Assembly: GCA_963737655.1 (NCBI GenBank)
Contig: CAVTTN010000002.1
Span: 5,312,001 to 5,376,000, forward strand
Source: an uncultured Planctomycetota bacterium
GTDB taxonomy: Bacteria; Planctomycetota; Planctomycetia; Isosphaerales; Isosphaeraceae
Direction: 5' to 3'
Length of the DNA stretch: 64,000 bases
Of this stretch, positions 32,085 through 44,194 are shown one piece after another. The position numbers and the translations under genes were made by a program. The stretch's first letter is position 1. Each line of letters starts with the position of its first letter. The notes beneath the pieces were generated by a model. The model saw nothing but the letters and a program-made list of their open reading frames with translations. It did no database searches and was not told the DNA's origin.

Positions 32085-32119
32085 CAGTGGGCAGTGGGCA
32101 GTGGGCAGTGGGCCGTGGG
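32085..32119. repeat. (CAGTGGG)x4 plus one degenerate unit, no inverted partner
   Basis: Read directly; lies in a divergent intergenic region. Confidence 0.9.
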
Positions 32120-32171
32120 GACTGCTATAGTCGCGACACCATCCCCGTCTCCTTCTCTCGGAGGCCCCCTC

Positions 32172-33446
32172 ATGAGCGATTCGATCGACCTGGACCGCCG
32201 AGGATTCCTCGGCGCCTCGGCCCTGGCCGGGCTCTCGGCGATCTCGGCGCCGCGATCGGCCTTGCAAACCGTGACCGTCGGCATCATGGGCACCGGGGGC
32301 CGGGGGATGGAGCATGCGGCGCAGTTCGCCGCGATCCCCAACGTCGAGGTGGCGTACGTCTGCGACGTCGATTCGAGGAGGACCGCCCAGGCGGCCGAGG
32401 CCATCACCAAGGCCGGCGCGAAGGCCCCCAGGGGCGTGACCGACTTCCGCAAGATCCTCGATGACAAGTCCGTCGACGCCCTGGTCGTGGCCACCTGCAA
32501 CCACTGGCACGCCCCGGCGGCGATCCTCGCGTGCGTCGCGGGCAAGCATGTTTACGTGGAAAAACCGTGCAGCCACAACCCCCGGGAGGGCGAGGTCCTC
32601 GTGGCGGCGGCGAGGAAGCATGACCGCGTCGTCCAGATGGGCAACCAGCGGAGGAGCTGGCCCATGATGAAGGAGGCCATCGAGAAGGTCCGCAACGGCG
32701 CCATCGGCCGGGCCTACTACGCCCGGTGCGGCTACTACAACTCCCGAGGTTCGATCGGCCTCGGCAAGGAAGTGCCGGTGCCGACCTGGCTGGACTTCGA
32801 CCTCTGGCAGGGCCCGGCGCCGAGGCAGCCGTATCGGGACAACATCCTCCACTACAACTGGCACTGGTTCTGGGACTGGGGCAACGGCGAGCTCGGCAAC
32901 AACGGCGTCCATTCGCTGGACGTCTGCCGATGGGGCCTGGGCGTCGATTTCCCGGTGAAGGTCTCCAGCGGAGGGGGCCGGTATCGCTACCGGGACGACC
33001 AGCAGACGCCCGACACCCACAACGTCCTCTTCGAGTTCGACGACCGCAAATCGATCGCGTGGGAGGGCCTCAGTTGCAGCCCGGAGAGGCCGGGGCTCTC
33101 CGTCTTCGAATCGGTCTTCCACGGCGAAGACGGCGTGCTCGCCCTGGCCGATCGCGGCTACACGATTTTTGACAAGAAAGGCAAGCCGGTCGAGACGTTC
33201 AAGGGCCGGGGCGGAGACGCCGAGCACCGCGCCAACTTCCTGGCGGCGATCCGGGGTGAGGCGAAGGCCAACAGCGAGATCCTCGAGGGCCACAAGTCCA
33301 CCCTGCTCTGCCATTTAGGCAACATCGCCCAGAGGACCGGCCACACCCTGGCCTGCGACCCGAAGGACGGCCACATCCTCGACGACCCCAAGGCCCAGGC
33401 CCTGTGGACGAGGGAATACGCCAAGGGCTGGGAAGTCGAAGCGTAG
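32172..33446 (+). CDS. Gfo/Idh/MocA oxidoreductase with Tat signal
   Basis: DRRGFLG, GTGGRG, HWH, YVEKP and NNGVHSLD. Confidence 0.92.
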   Translation: MSDSIDLDRRGFLGASALAGLSAISAPRSALQTVTVGIMGTGGRGMEHAAQFAAIPNVEVAYVCDVDSRRTAQAAEAITKAGAKAPRGVTDFRKILDDKSVDALVVATCNHWHAPAAILACVAGKHVYVEKPCSHNPREGEVLVAAARKHDRVVQMGNQRRSWPMMKEAIEKVRNGAIGRAYYARCGYYNSRGSIGLGKEVPVPTWLDFDLWQGPAPRQPYRDNILHYNWHWFWDWGNGELGNNGVHSLDVCRWGLGVDFPVKVSSGGGRYRYRDDQQTPDTHNVLFEFDDRKSIAWEGLSCSPERPGLSVFESVFHGEDGVLALADRGYTIFDKKGKPVETFKGRGGDAEHRANFLAAIRGEAKANSEILEGHKSTLLCHLGNIAQRTGHTLACDPKDGHILDDPKAQALWTREYAKGWEVEA

Positions 33447-33583
33447 GGTGCATGAAATGCACCGACCACGCGGCCGAAGGCCGCCCGCCATCCCCTCTTC
33501 GATTGGCTTCGTTTCGGAAGCGAGAGAGGATGAGGCAGGCGGCCTCCGGCCGTCGCATCGTTGGTGCAATTCATGCACCCGAC
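33443..33583. repeat. REP pair (family A, GTAGGGTGCATGAAATGCACC)
   Basis: 33443-33463 and inverted copy 33563-33583, between convergent genes. Confidence 0.85.
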
Positions 33584-36504
33584 TTGATGGGCATCACGAT
33601 CTTCTTGTCGGCGCAATCCTTGAGCAGGGCCTGGGCCTCGTCGGTCTTGCCGGAGAGGACCAGGGCCCAGTACGAATCCAGGGCGATGGGGGGCTCTTCG
33701 GGTTGAGCCTGCGGTCGATCTCCCGGCCGATCCGCGAGTCTTCCCGGGCCAGGGAGGCCCGGGCGGCGTCGGTCGGGGGATCGCCGGCGAGGAGGACGAT
33801 CCAGGCCCAGGGGCTCAGGCCGTCGGGGGTCTTGCCGGCCGCCTCGGTCAGGAGGGACCGGGCCCGGCGGACGTCCGGCTCGTCCTTCGCCCTGTCTCGG
33901 AGAGGCCCGGGCTGGGAGAGGGCCACGGCCAGGAGCCTCGACCGGTCCACCGTCTTGCCCGAGCCCGCGACCAGCTCGGCGTAGGCCGGCTCTCGGGCCT
34001 CCAGGGCCTTGCTCGCCCGGAATGTCAGGGCGCGGACCAGCGCGTACCGGGAGGCCACGGAGGGGGACTCGGCGAACGCGCGCTCGGCCAGGGTGACCAC
34101 GGCGTCGGGATCGACCGGAAGGCCGAGGAAGTCGGCGTTGATCTTCGCCTGGACGAGCTCGACGGCCGCCACCGCCCGGGTGACCGCTCCCGGGTGACCC
34201 TTGACCCGATCGAAGGTCGCCCCGGCCCGCGATTCGGAGGCCTTGGCCTGGGTCTTCAGCTCCTCGGCGTTCTTGCCCGAGAGGAAGTCGGCGAGCTGGG
34301 CCTCCTGTTCGGCCAGGTCGAGCTCGACCCCGGCCAGGCGGTCGGCCAGCGCCTTCAATGCGGGGACGTCGCGGAGGAACTCGTCGATCTCCGCGGCCTG
34401 CTCGTAGGAGTGGGACCGTCGAGGGGCCAGGAGCATGGCGCGGTCGAGCAGGGCCCGGGCCCGGACGATCCCCGGATTGGTCTTCACGGCTTCCCTGAGG
34501 GGCATCCAGCCCGCCTCGTCGTCGGAGAGGTAGCCGAGGAGCTCGAAGCCGGGGCGGTCCTTCAGCACCTTCAGGTCGATCCGATCGCCGATGACTTCCG
34601 CCAGGGACGCCCAGAGGAGCTGCGCCGCCGCGTTGCCCACCAGCAGGCTGTTCTTGGCTCGAGGGCGATGGCCCGATCCATCTTCTGGCGGCCGAGCTCG
34701 AAGTCGGCCTTCTGGCCGGTCAGGCGGAACAGCTCGAAGCAGACCAGGGCCGCGTTGTTCAGGGTGCCCACCCCCTCGGGCGCCCGGTCGTAGTCGGCCA
34801 CGCATTCGCGGAACCGGGAGATGGCCTCGTCGTCCCGGCCGTCGCGGAGGGCCTGGCGGCCCAGGGCCTCGGTCAGATGGACCTTGACCTCGGCCCGGTT
34901 CGGGTCGCCCTTGCGATACCAGGCGATCTGCTCGTCGAGGTCGCGGGTCAGGATCGCGCGGGCCATCGCCGCGGCGCTCTTCTCCTCGGGCTTGTTGGCC
35001 TTGTTGAACGCCTCCTCGGCCAGGGCCTTGGCCTCGGTCTCGCTGCCGACCTCCCGGAGCAGGGTCGAGACCGACATTAGCGACGGGAAGCTCCGCCCCT
35101 TGGACTCCAGGACCTCGTCGAACAGCGTCTTGCCCTCGGCCGGCTTGCCCAGCCAGTAATCGACCTGGCCGAGGCTCAGCCGCAGGGCGTCGGACTCGCC
35201 GGCCACGCCCTGGACCCCCCGGAACATGGCCTCGGACTCCTCCAACGCCTTGCGGCGGGCCGCCGGGTCGGTCGTCCCCCGGGCTTTTTCCAGGAGGATC
35301 ATCCCGAGGTCCAGCGCGACCGGGACGACCTTCGCCTGGCGGCCCAGCTCCTCCACGGCCGAGGCCACCCCCGGGTCGGCCTTCAGACGGGTCTCGGCGA
35401 ACTCCCGGACCATCCGGTTCTTCTCGGCGTCGGTCGCGGCGTTGAAGGCGGCATAGTTGAACCCCGGGGCCATCCCGGTGGTGAGCTCCTGCCGGAGCCG
35501 ATCCTGGGCCGCCTTCTCGGCGTTTTCCAGCGCTTTCTGGGCGGCCTGGAGCCGGGGCAGCCTCGCCTCCGCATAGGGCCGGAGCATCTCCAGGGCGCCG
35601 TCGGTGTCCCCGTCCTTCAGGAAGATCTGGCCGAGGACCCGCGCCGCCTCGCTCGGGCCGAGCCGCCCGCGGAAGGGCATCAGCAGGGCCCGGCCCGGGC
35701 CGAATTCCCCTCGTCGGCCTCCATCTCGGCCAGGGCCGAGGTGAGCTCGGGGTTCTTCGGGTCCTGTGCCACCACCTTCTCCAGGAGACCCCGCTTGGCC
35801 CGGCTCAGGACGTCGCGATCCCCCGGCATGGTCCCCACGACTTCCAAAAGCGCCAGGGCCCCCTTGGGATCGGTCGCCGCCTGGCGATCGGCCAGCGCCA
35901 GGCCCTTCTGGAACAGCTCCGGGGCCGGGATCGTGATGCGGCCAAACTTCTGGACGTCCAGGATCGTGCGGAACGCCTTCGCCGACTCCTCGGCCGGCGC
36001 CGAGGCCATCGGGCCTTCGAGCAGGCCCTTGAGCTTCCCCGCGGCGTCGGATGCCTTCTCGCTCGACCCGATCGCGACCTCTCGGTACAGGTTCGCCGCT
36101 TTCCCGATCTGCCCGGCCTTCGCCAGGGTGTCCGCCTCGTCGAGCTTCTGGCCGGCGACGTAGTCCGGCGACTTCGTGTGCGAGTCCCAGGCCGAGACCC
36201 CGCCCAGGATCACCGCCCCCAGCAGGATCAGCAGGCCCCACGCCTTGGCGAACGCCGACAGCGGCTCCTTGCCCAGGAAATACCAGCCCCCGCCCGGGGC
36301 CTTCGCCACCCGATACGCCCCGATCGCCAGGATCGGGACGAACACGATGCAGAGGCAGTGCGTCTTGACGAACGTCCCGGTCTCGGGGTCGTGGTCCCGC
36401 CCGCCGTACATCCCCAGGCCACACCCGTTGACCCGGATCAGCCAGGGAGCCGACCGGATCGGCCGGAGGTTCGGGAACTTCGGCTCCTCCTCGTTCATCG
36501 CCAT
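33571..36504 (-). CDS. Large membrane-anchored helical/TPR-like protein, three apparent frameshifts (~35695, ~34668, ~33693)
   Basis: N-terminal NGCGLGMYGGRD...LCIVFVPILAIGAYRV plus TM segment, then Ala/Leu/Glu-rich helical repeats continuing across successive frames to TGA 33571. Confidence 0.7.
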
Positions 36505-36660
36505 GACGGCCTCCGCTCCGCTCCACCCCGTCCGCTCGACCGACCCGGAACACCTCCCCGGGATCTCGGCGGACTATCTTGATGGATGTGCGCGGCCGTT
36601 TCCAGGGTTCATCGAAAGATCATCGATTGCGGGGGAGGGACCGAAACGCATTGCATCCTC

Positions 36661-36721
36661 GTAGGGCAGGCCTCGGCCTGCCGTCCCCAGCAGGGCCCCG
36701 GCAGGCCGAGGCCTGCCCTAC
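36661..36721. repeat. REP pair (family C, GTAGGGCAGGCCTCGGCCTGCC)
   Basis: 36661-36682 and perfect inverted copy 36700-36721. Confidence 0.88.
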
Positions 36722-36735
36722 GAGGGGATTCGCGA

Positions 36736-38052
36736 TCAGGTCAGGTCGTTCAGAGGCCCGGCCCCGCAGAAATTCGGGTTGCCGAACTTCTCGATCCGGT
36801 GATCCATCCCGTGGGCCAGGGCCAGGAGGAGCCGGTTGTGCGGCACCTTCCGGTACTTCAGCGACCGGCCCATTTTGAAGTCCATCCCGTTGCCCACGAG
36901 CACCCAGGGGATGTCGTCCAGGGTGTGCGAGTTCCCCTTGCCCAGCTCGTTGGTCCAGACGATCAGCGTGTTGTCCAGGAGCGACCCGCCGCCGCCGGGC
37001 TCGGGCGTCTCGGCCAGCCTGCCGGCGAGGTAGGCCAGCTGCTCGGCGTACCAGTGGTTGATCTTCGTGAGCTTCTCGACGGCGCCCTTGTCGCTGTCCG
37101 GCTTGTGGGAAAGCTCGTGGTGCCCCTCGGTGATCCCCAGCCACTTCATCCGGGCATCGCCGACCGAGTTGGTGTACTGAAGAGTCGCGATCCGGGCGAA
37201 ATCGTTCGCGAAGCTGTTCACCATCAGGTCGATCTGCATCTTCGAGAGCTTGGGCAGGTTCTCCGATTGCTCCTTCACGCCCGGTTCGAGCTCGGGGACG
37301 GCGTGGCCGATCTCGTCCCTGGAGCTTCGGAGCTCCTCCTCCATCTCCCGGACGAACGTGGCGTGCTCCTCCAGGAGCTTCCGATCCTCCACGCTGACCT
37401 GGCTTTCCACCTTCTTCAGGTCGTCGCGAACGTCGTCCAGGATGCTCTTGAGGCTCTCCTGGTCCTTCATTCGACCATAAAGCTTGGCGAACATCTGGTA
37501 CGGGTCGTCGATCGGGGCGATCGGCTTGTTCGGGCCGGCGTAGACCATCCGGGTCCAGGTGTCGGCGCGGTCGGGGACCATCACGCCGAATTCCAGGGAG
37601 CCGAACCGGGTCCGGGTCTCGGCCTTCTTCTGGTAGGCGTTGCGGATCTCCTGGTCGATCGAGATCCCGCTGGACCAGCCGGCCGGGGTGTCCGAACCGC
37701 CCTGGATGTTGCCGGGATAGAGCTCGGTGCCGGTGAGGAGGCAGCCGATGCCCCTCATGTGGTTGTCGCCGTCGCCCCGGACCTTGTCGCAGACGCCGTG
37801 GAGCGTGAGCATCCGGCCCTGGAACGGCTCCAGGGGCTTGAGGCTCTCCTTCAGGGCGAAGTTCGCCCCGACTTCCGACGGCCAGAAGGCCTCGGGCACG
37901 ACGCCGTTGGGGCTGAACATGACCACCAGCCGCTTCTTCCTCGCCTGGGTGTTGGCGAAGCCGAGGCTCGGCAGGTTCAGGAGGAACGGCACGGCGGCCG
38001 CGCCGATGCCCAGGTCGCGGAAGAACTCGCGGCGGGAGGGGGTCCGGGGCAT
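36736..38052 (-). CDS. DUF1552 domain protein with Tat signal
   Basis: SRREFFR, FSPNGV, SIDQEI, GHHELSH and [10 protein letters not shown]. Confidence 0.88.
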   Translation of the reverse strand: MPRTPSRREFFRDLGIGAAAVPFLLNLPSLGFANTQARKKRLVVMFSPNGVVPEAFWPSEVGANFALKESLKPLEPFQGRMLTLHGVCDKVRGDGDNHMRGIGCLLTGTELYPGNIQGGSDTPAGWSSGISIDQEIRNAYQKKAETRTRFGSLEFGVMVPDRADTWTRMVYAGPNKPIAPIDDPYQMFAKLYGRMKDQESLKSILDDVRDDLKKVESQVSVEDRKLLEEHATFVREMEEELRSSRDEIGHAVPELEPGVKEQSENLPKLSKMQIDLMVNSFANDFARIATLQYTNSVGDARMKWLGITEGHHELSHKPDSDKGAVEKLTKINHWYAEQLAYLAGRLAETPEPGGGGSLLDNTLIVWTNELGKGNSHTLDDIPWVLVGNGMDFKMGRSLKYRKVPHNRLLLALAHGMDHRIEKFGNPNFCGAGPLNDLT

Positions 38053-38053
38053 C

Positions 38054-40432
38054 TTATCGCTCCGAGGGAGAGGTTCGGATCGTCTGGGCCGGCAAGTAGT
38101 TCGGGAGGGCCGCGCGACTCGGCGGCGGCTTCGGTTTCGCCAGGGCGGCGGTCGCCACGATCTCGACCATCAAATCCCGGACCCGGAAGCCGTCCTCGAC
38201 GAACTTCCGCCGGATCTCGGCCGAGGCCCTCGGCCCATACGCCCGGATCGGCTGCTTGACCATGTGATGAAAAAGCTGTTCCACGAACGCCTTGTGCACT
38301 TCCTCGCTGTCGGTCAGGAGGCTCGCGAGCTCCCTCGCCCCATGGTAAGGCAGGACCTCGCCCCCCGGCGTTTCATACGAGCCCGAGGCGTCGATCGGCT
38401 TGCCTTTTTCCTCGGATCGGTATCGGCCCACGGCGTCGAAGTGCTCCAGGCCGAACCCCAGCGGGTTGATCATCCCATGACAGGTCACGCAGGCCGAGGG
38501 GCTGGTCTGGAGGGCCACCCGCTCCCGGGTCGTCAAGCCGGCGTGGAGGTCCGGGGCCAACGGGGCGACCGCCTCGGGCGGAGGCCGGAGCGACCGGCCC
38601 AGGACGCTCCTCGACAGGAACACCCCCCGGTGGATGGGCGAGCTGGTCGCCGTGTACGCAAACGTGGACAGCAAATAAGGATGCGTCAAGACGCCCGCCC
38701 GGTCCTTCGGCTCCAGGGGCACGTTCATGAACGGGGCGTCGGGCATCATCTCGACCCCGTAAAGCTTCGCCAGCCGACCGTTGAGCGGCACCGAATCGGC
38801 CAGGAACAGCTCGCGGAAGTCGCCGGGGCCGTCCCAGAGCACCTGCTTCAGGAAGATTTCCAGGGACGCCCGGAGGTCCGAGGCGGTCTCCGCGTCGAAC
38901 TCGGGGAATTTCTCGGGATCTTTCGCGAGGTCCGGGAACCCCTCGACCCGCAACCACTGGAGGAAGAAGGCGTCCAGCTTCGCCCAGGTCCGCAGGTCGT
39001 CCCTCATCCTCCGGGCCTGCTCGACCACCGCTTCGCGGGTCGCGAGCTTGCCGGATCTTGCGGCGTCCCAGAGGGTTGCGTCGGGAATCGAGTCCCACAG
39101 GCCGAACGAGAGCCGGGAGGCGACGGCGAAGCTGTCGGGCGGCCCTCCGGTCTCGGCGTAGAGGAACCTCGGCGACTTCAGGACGAGCAGGACGACTCGT
39201 TTCAGGGCGAGATCCAGGTCGGGCGTGGCCTCGAACGGGCGATCGACGTAAACCTTTTTGAGATCGTCGGTTAACGGACGACGAAACGCCCGTTCGGCGA
39301 ACGTCCGGGCGAAGTCGCGGAGCCGATCCTTGCGGTCGGGGGCGTCCTCGCGGACCCCGGAGAGCTCGCGGAGGTGGGCCTGGACATAGCCGGCGACCTC
39401 GATCGCCGCATCCGTGGTGGCGGAGTCCCACGCCTTCGAGATCGTCGTCCCCCGCTCGTAGCCGACACTGCGGTCGTCGGGCGGGAACGGGGTTTCGAGG
39501 ACGAACGACTCGGGCGCCGAACTCGGGGACAGGAAACGACCTGGGATCGGCTCCAGAACCCGGTGGGGCGGCTTCCATTCGAGGGCGACCGACGCCTGGA
39601 CCGGCTTCCGCTTCGCCTTGGCCTCCTTCGAGTCGTTCACCCCCTGCTTCGCCTTGGAGAATTCCAGGCGGATCGGGTATGCCCGGCCTCCGAGCAGGGT
39701 GATCGTCCCGCGATGCTCGGTGTCGTGGCCCGATTTGACGAAGGCGTCGATCAGCGGCGTCTTGTTGTCGTTCACCCAAAGCCTGGCGGAATGGTCGGTT
39801 CGGACGACGAACTCATATTCGCCCGAGTCGGGGGCGAGGACCGAGCCGTCCCAGCGGATCGAGAACTCCAGCGCGTCGAACTTCTCCGAGCCGGGGTCCG
39901 GCCCGACCTCGCCAAAGTCAAACAGGACCTGGGGATCGGTCCGTTCGATCAGGCGTTCGTTGTTGCGTTGCTGGCGGGCGCGGAAATACTGGCCGTGGAG
40001 GCCGTGGGTGTCGCCCCATTTTGAGGCAGGGCCGCGGAAACTGCCCAGCAAGTCGGCAACGGCGTTGCGGTACTGGCGGACCGTCAGGCGGGACAGCTCG
40101 ACTCGGGGAGGCGCGTTCTTCGCCTGGGCGGCCGGGGAGTAAAACGCGTCGTAGATGAACGAAGCGACCCGATCGGCGTCCTCGCCGGTGCAGGTGCCCG
40201 GGTCGTCGGAGGGCATCGTCCTGGCGATCAGGCGGGCGAGCTGCGGGACGGTCCGATCGCCGGCCAGGGCCCGGGGGTAGTCCTCGGACCCCTCGCCCGA
40301 GGCCCCGTGGCACGAGGCGCATTTCGTTTGATAGATCTTCGAGCCGGGATCGCCGGCCGTCGCGGTCGAGGCGATCGCCAGGGCCAGCCCGAGCGGGCCG
40401 AATCGGAGGATCTGGTGAAAACGGTTCACCAT
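38054..40432 (-). CDS. Cytochrome c + PA14 + DUF1592/DUF1588-type protein
   Basis: [21 protein letters not shown]14-like [28 protein letters not shown] and CVTCH...[15 protein letters not shown]. Confidence 0.88.
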   Translation of the reverse strand: MVNRFHQILRFGPLGLALAIASTATAGDPGSKIYQTKCASCHGASGEGSEDYPRALAGDRTVPQLARLIARTMPSDDPGTCTGEDADRVASFIYDAFYSPAAQAKNAPPRVELSRLTVRQYRNAVADLLGSFRGPASKWGDTHGLHGQYFRARQQRNNERLIERTDPQVLFDFGEVGPDPGSEKFDALEFSIRWDGSVLAPDSGEYEFVVRTDHSARLWVNDNKTPLIDAFVKSGHDTEHRGTITLLGGRAYPIRLEFSKAKQGVNDSKEAKAKRKPVQASVALEWKPPHRVLEPIPGRFLSPSSAPESFVLETPFPPDDRSVGYERGTTISKAWDSATTDAAIEVAGYVQAHLRELSGVREDAPDRKDRLRDFARTFAERAFRRPLTDDLKKVYVDRPFEATPDLDLALKRVVLLVLKSPRFLYAETGGPPDSFAVASRLSFGLWDSIPDATLWDAARSGKLATREAVVEQARRMRDDLRTWAKLDAFFLQWLRVEGFPDLAKDPEKFPEFDAETASDLRASLEIFLKQVLWDGPGDFRELFLADSVPLNGRLAKLYGVEMMPDAPFMNVPLEPKDRAGVLTHPYLLSTFAYTATSSPIHRGVFLSRSVLGRSLRPPPEAVAPLAPDLHAGLTTRERVALQTSPSACVTCHGMINPLGFGLEHFDAVGRYRSEEKGKPIDASGSYETPGGEVLPYHGARELASLLTDSEEVHKAFVEQLFHHMVKQPIRAYGPRASAEIRRKFVEDGFRVRDLMVEIVATAALAKPKPPPSRAALPNYLPAQTIRTSPSER

Positions 40433-40762
40433 GAGGGAGTTCGGTTCCCTGAGAGGGTGTCGGGCGGGGCCGTCCGGCGACGGCGAGCGGGGCGGGAGGC
40501 GGAACCGCGGAAGGATCAACCGGAATCTCAAGAGAGCGCCATCCGATCGCCGACCGCCCCGGCCATCGGCGGGGTTTGTGCAATTGTTGTACCTTGTCCC
40601 GCCGGGCGAGGCAAGGGGGCGCCGACCCGGGGCGGTCACGGGGGCGGAAAATGGTGGCCGCCAGGGCCGTTGGTGACGGCCGGGCTCGAGGGAACTCGAT
40701 TGTCCTGGGGAGAGCCCGTCAGCGGACCCGTCTTGTGGGATGGTTGGGCTTCTTGCTAGGTT

Positions 40763-40778
40763 TGGAATAGCGATTGCA
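40763..40778 (+). promoter_or_regulatory. Possible sigma-54 promoter of the dab operon
   Basis: TGGAATAGCGATTGCA with correct GG-N10-GC spacing. Confidence 0.4.
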
Positions 40779-41011
40779 CCACGGTCCGAGAATGGTGAGG
40801 ACTTCGGCCGCGCCTCGGGCCGTGCTCGCGAGAGCGTCTCTCCTCGAAGCAAAACGAAGCGAAGCGATTCCGAGACGAAGCGGCCGGATTGGCCGGCCGA
40901 ACCTGCCCCTCTCTCCGTCCCCCCCGGAGAACCTCGCGGGCCGCGATCCCGGTCCCGCTCGCCTTGCCTTTTCGTGCTCTCCCCGGGCCATTCGCGAGAC
41001 GATTGCCAGAG

Positions 41012-44000
41012 ATGCACGCCCCCACCACCGCCCCATCGCCGGTCGTGCCCGACCTCGAAGACCGATCGGCCCGCCTTCCTCGGCTGAAGGCGACGATCGA
41101 GCATGCCTCGCACCTCCTGCCGGCCCAGGGGCCGATCACCGTCTTCATCCACCACAACACGCTCCACGCCTTCGAGGACCTGCCGTTCCACGAGGCCGTG
41201 AAGCGAGGGGCGCAGGTCTTCGGGTGCCATCCGTATCTGTCCGAAGACCGCTACCGCGAAGAGCTTCGGAAGGGCCGAATCCGGTTCTCCGAGCTCCAGG
41301 ACGTTTTGGAGGAAGACCTCGGCGACCGGGCGACGGAGCCGGTCCCCTGTTTCGGGACGCTCCGCGACCTTCGCCTGACGATGCTCCAGTACCCGTTGCG
41401 GACCGGCCCGACCGAGGAGCTGACCTGGTACGTGGCCGAGGCCAACGCCCTGAGGAGGGTCCGTCAGGAGGCGAGCTCGGCGATCCGGGGCGCTTGATCG
41501 CCGAGACCCGCCGCTGGGTCTTCCGCGACCTCCGGGGAGGCGGCGACCCGGGTTCCAACGGCTCGGCCAGGGCCGTCCTGAATGGCTCGACCCGCGGGAA
41601 GACGCCTCGCCGGGCCTCGGAGAGCCTCGGCCGGCTCCTGGATCGGTTCGGCGAATCGACGATGGAATCCTGGACCGACGACGACTGGGAACGGTTCACG
41701 CTCCAGGCCCTCTGGCGGGTCTGCTGCGACGGGGTCCGCGACCTCCCGCCGTTCACCGTCCCGCCGGTCATGGCGATCCGCCACCGGGACCTGCTCCTGG
41801 AAGCGACCGGGGACGACTCCGATACGCCGGTCCATGACCTCCTGATCCGGTTCTGCGCGGCGTTCCTGGATCAGGGCTTCGCCCCCTGGCAGTTGCCCCG
41901 GAGGGACGAGGGGTTCTTCACCGCGTTCCTCGCGCTCTACGGCCAGCCGAACGGCCCGCCCGATCGCTGGATGCGAGGGCTGGACAAGGTATTGCGCCGG
42001 CTGGAGGCCGAACGCGTCGGCCCCCTGGAATCGATCCTCGAATCGCTCGAACAGCTCGGCGTGGCCGAGGCGGAATGGGAGGGCTATCTCTCCTCCACGT
42101 TCCTGGCGCTCCGGGGCTGGGGCGGGATGCTCGCCCAGATCGAGGCCCGAGGCGACCGCGTGGCCCATCCGGCCCCCCCGGGCACCGTGATCGAGTTCCT
42201 GGCCGTCCGCCTGATCCTCGACCGCTTCTCCCTGGCGTTCACGGCCCGGGAGTGCCTGGCGATCACCGAGCCGGTGGGCGCGTTCTGGAGGCTGGCCCGG
42301 GGGCGGATCGATCCCCACTGGCCGCCCAGCGTCGAGCAGAGGGCATTCCTGGTCTTCCAGCTCGCGCAGGTCCAGGGCCTCTCGCCGGACGTCCTCTACC
42401 GCCTCGGCCCGGAGGAGTGGGCGAGGCTCGTGGAGCAGATCGAGGCGTTCTCCGCCCTGGAGAGGCGGCGGGTCTTCCACCTGGCGTATGAGAGGCGGTT
42501 CTGCACCCAGTCCCTCGACGCCATCGGCCTCCACGCCAGGAAGACCCACGGCCGACCCGACGCGCCGAGCTTCCAGGTGTGTTGCTGCATCGACGACCGC
42601 GAGGAGTCATTCCGGAGGCACCTGGAGGAGATCGAGCCCTCGGTGGAGACGTTCGGCGCGGCGGGCTTCTACGCCGTGGCCATGTACTATCGAGGGGCCG
42701 GGGACGCGAACTTCGTCCCGCTCTGCCCGGTGGTGATCCGCCCGAATCACTGGGTGGCCGAGGAAGTCGGCGAGGAGGCCGGGAAGGCCCATCGCCGGAG
42801 GGCCCGGACGAGACGGGCCCTGGGTGCGGCGTCCCATCAGTTCCACGTCGGCAGCCGGTCGTTCGCGCTGGGGGCGATCCTGACGGGGACCGTGGGCGTC
42901 CTGGCGTCGATCCCTTTGGTCGCCCGGATCCTGTTTCCCCGGCTCACGGCGAAGGTCCGGGGGACGGTGGGCCGGTGGGTCGAGACCCCCCCGGCGACGA
43001 AGCTCCGGCTGGAGAGGGCCGAGGCCGAGCCGGGCGACGAGGGCGGCCACCTGGGCTTCTCGCTCGAGGAGATGACCCGGATCGGCGAGCGGTTCCTCCG
43101 CGACCTGGGGCTGACCTCCGGGTTCGCCCGGCTGATGGTCCTGATCGGCCACGGCTCGGACAGCCTGAACAACCCGCACAACTCGGCGTACAACTGCGGG
43201 GCGTGCGGAGGCTCGGCCGGCGGCCCGAACGCCCGGGCCCTGGCCCAGATCCTGAATGACCCGAGGGTCCGCTCCGGCCTGGCCTCCGGCGGCCTGACGA
43301 TCCCCGAGGCGACCGCGTTCGTGGGCAGCTATCACGACACCTGCGACGACTCGGTGGTCTTCTCCGACCTCGACCGGCTGCCGGCGACCCATCGGGACGA
43401 CTTCGCCCGGGCCCGGAAGGCGATCGACGAGACCTGCCGACGCAACGCCCACGAGAGGGCCCGGCGGTTCATGTCGGCGCCGCTGAACCTGTCGTATTCC
43501 GGGGCGTTGCAGCACGTCGAGGGGCGGTCGGAGGACCTGGCGCAGACCCGCCCCGAGCTCGGCCACGCCACCAATGCCATCACGATCGTCGGCCGGAGGG
43601 CCTGGACCCGCGGCCTCTTCCTCGATCGCCGGGCGTTCCTCACGTCCTACGACCCGACCCAGGACGACGCCTCCGGGACGATCCTCAAGGGCATCCTCCA
43701 GGCCGTCTTCCCGGTCTGTTCGGGGATCAACCTGGAATACTATTTCTCCCACGTCGACAACGTCGGCTTCGGCGCCGGGACGAAGCTGCCCCACAACCTG
43801 GCGGCGCTCCTGGGCGTGATGGACGGCGCGGCCAGCGACCTTCGGACCGGCCTGCCCTGGCAGATGGTCGAGATCCACGAGCCGGTGCGCTCGCTGTTCA
43901 TGATCGAGACGACGCCGGAGACCATGCGGGGAATCCTCGACGGCAACGCGATGATCGGCCGGCTGAGCCGCAACGGCTGGGTCCTCCTGACGGTGATCCA

Positions 44001-44148
44001 CCCGGAGACCCACGAGATCTTCGTGTTCGACGGCGGCGAGTTCCGCCCGTACCGGCCCCAGGCGTCGGTGCTGCCGACGGCGCCGTCGTCGGCGGACTGG
44101 TATCGAGGGTGGCGCGACCACCTGGAATTCGCCGAGATCGAGCCGTGA
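41012..44148 (+). CDS. dabA: DabA/MpsB (DUF2309) inorganic carbon transporter subunit, apparent frameshift at ~41490
   Basis: [20 protein letters not shown]; Zn-ligand motifs [15 protein letters not shown] and GHGS...NNPH...[29 protein letters not shown] and HEPVR. Confidence 0.88.
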
Positions 44149-44194
44149 GCCGCGATGGCCACGGCCCGGGGTCGAACCTCTGGGGAATGCGCTG

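Noticed and set aside
41470..41500. Programmed frameshift or phase variation in dabA
   Set aside because: No slippery heptamer or long tract; it matches the window-wide single-base deletion pattern.
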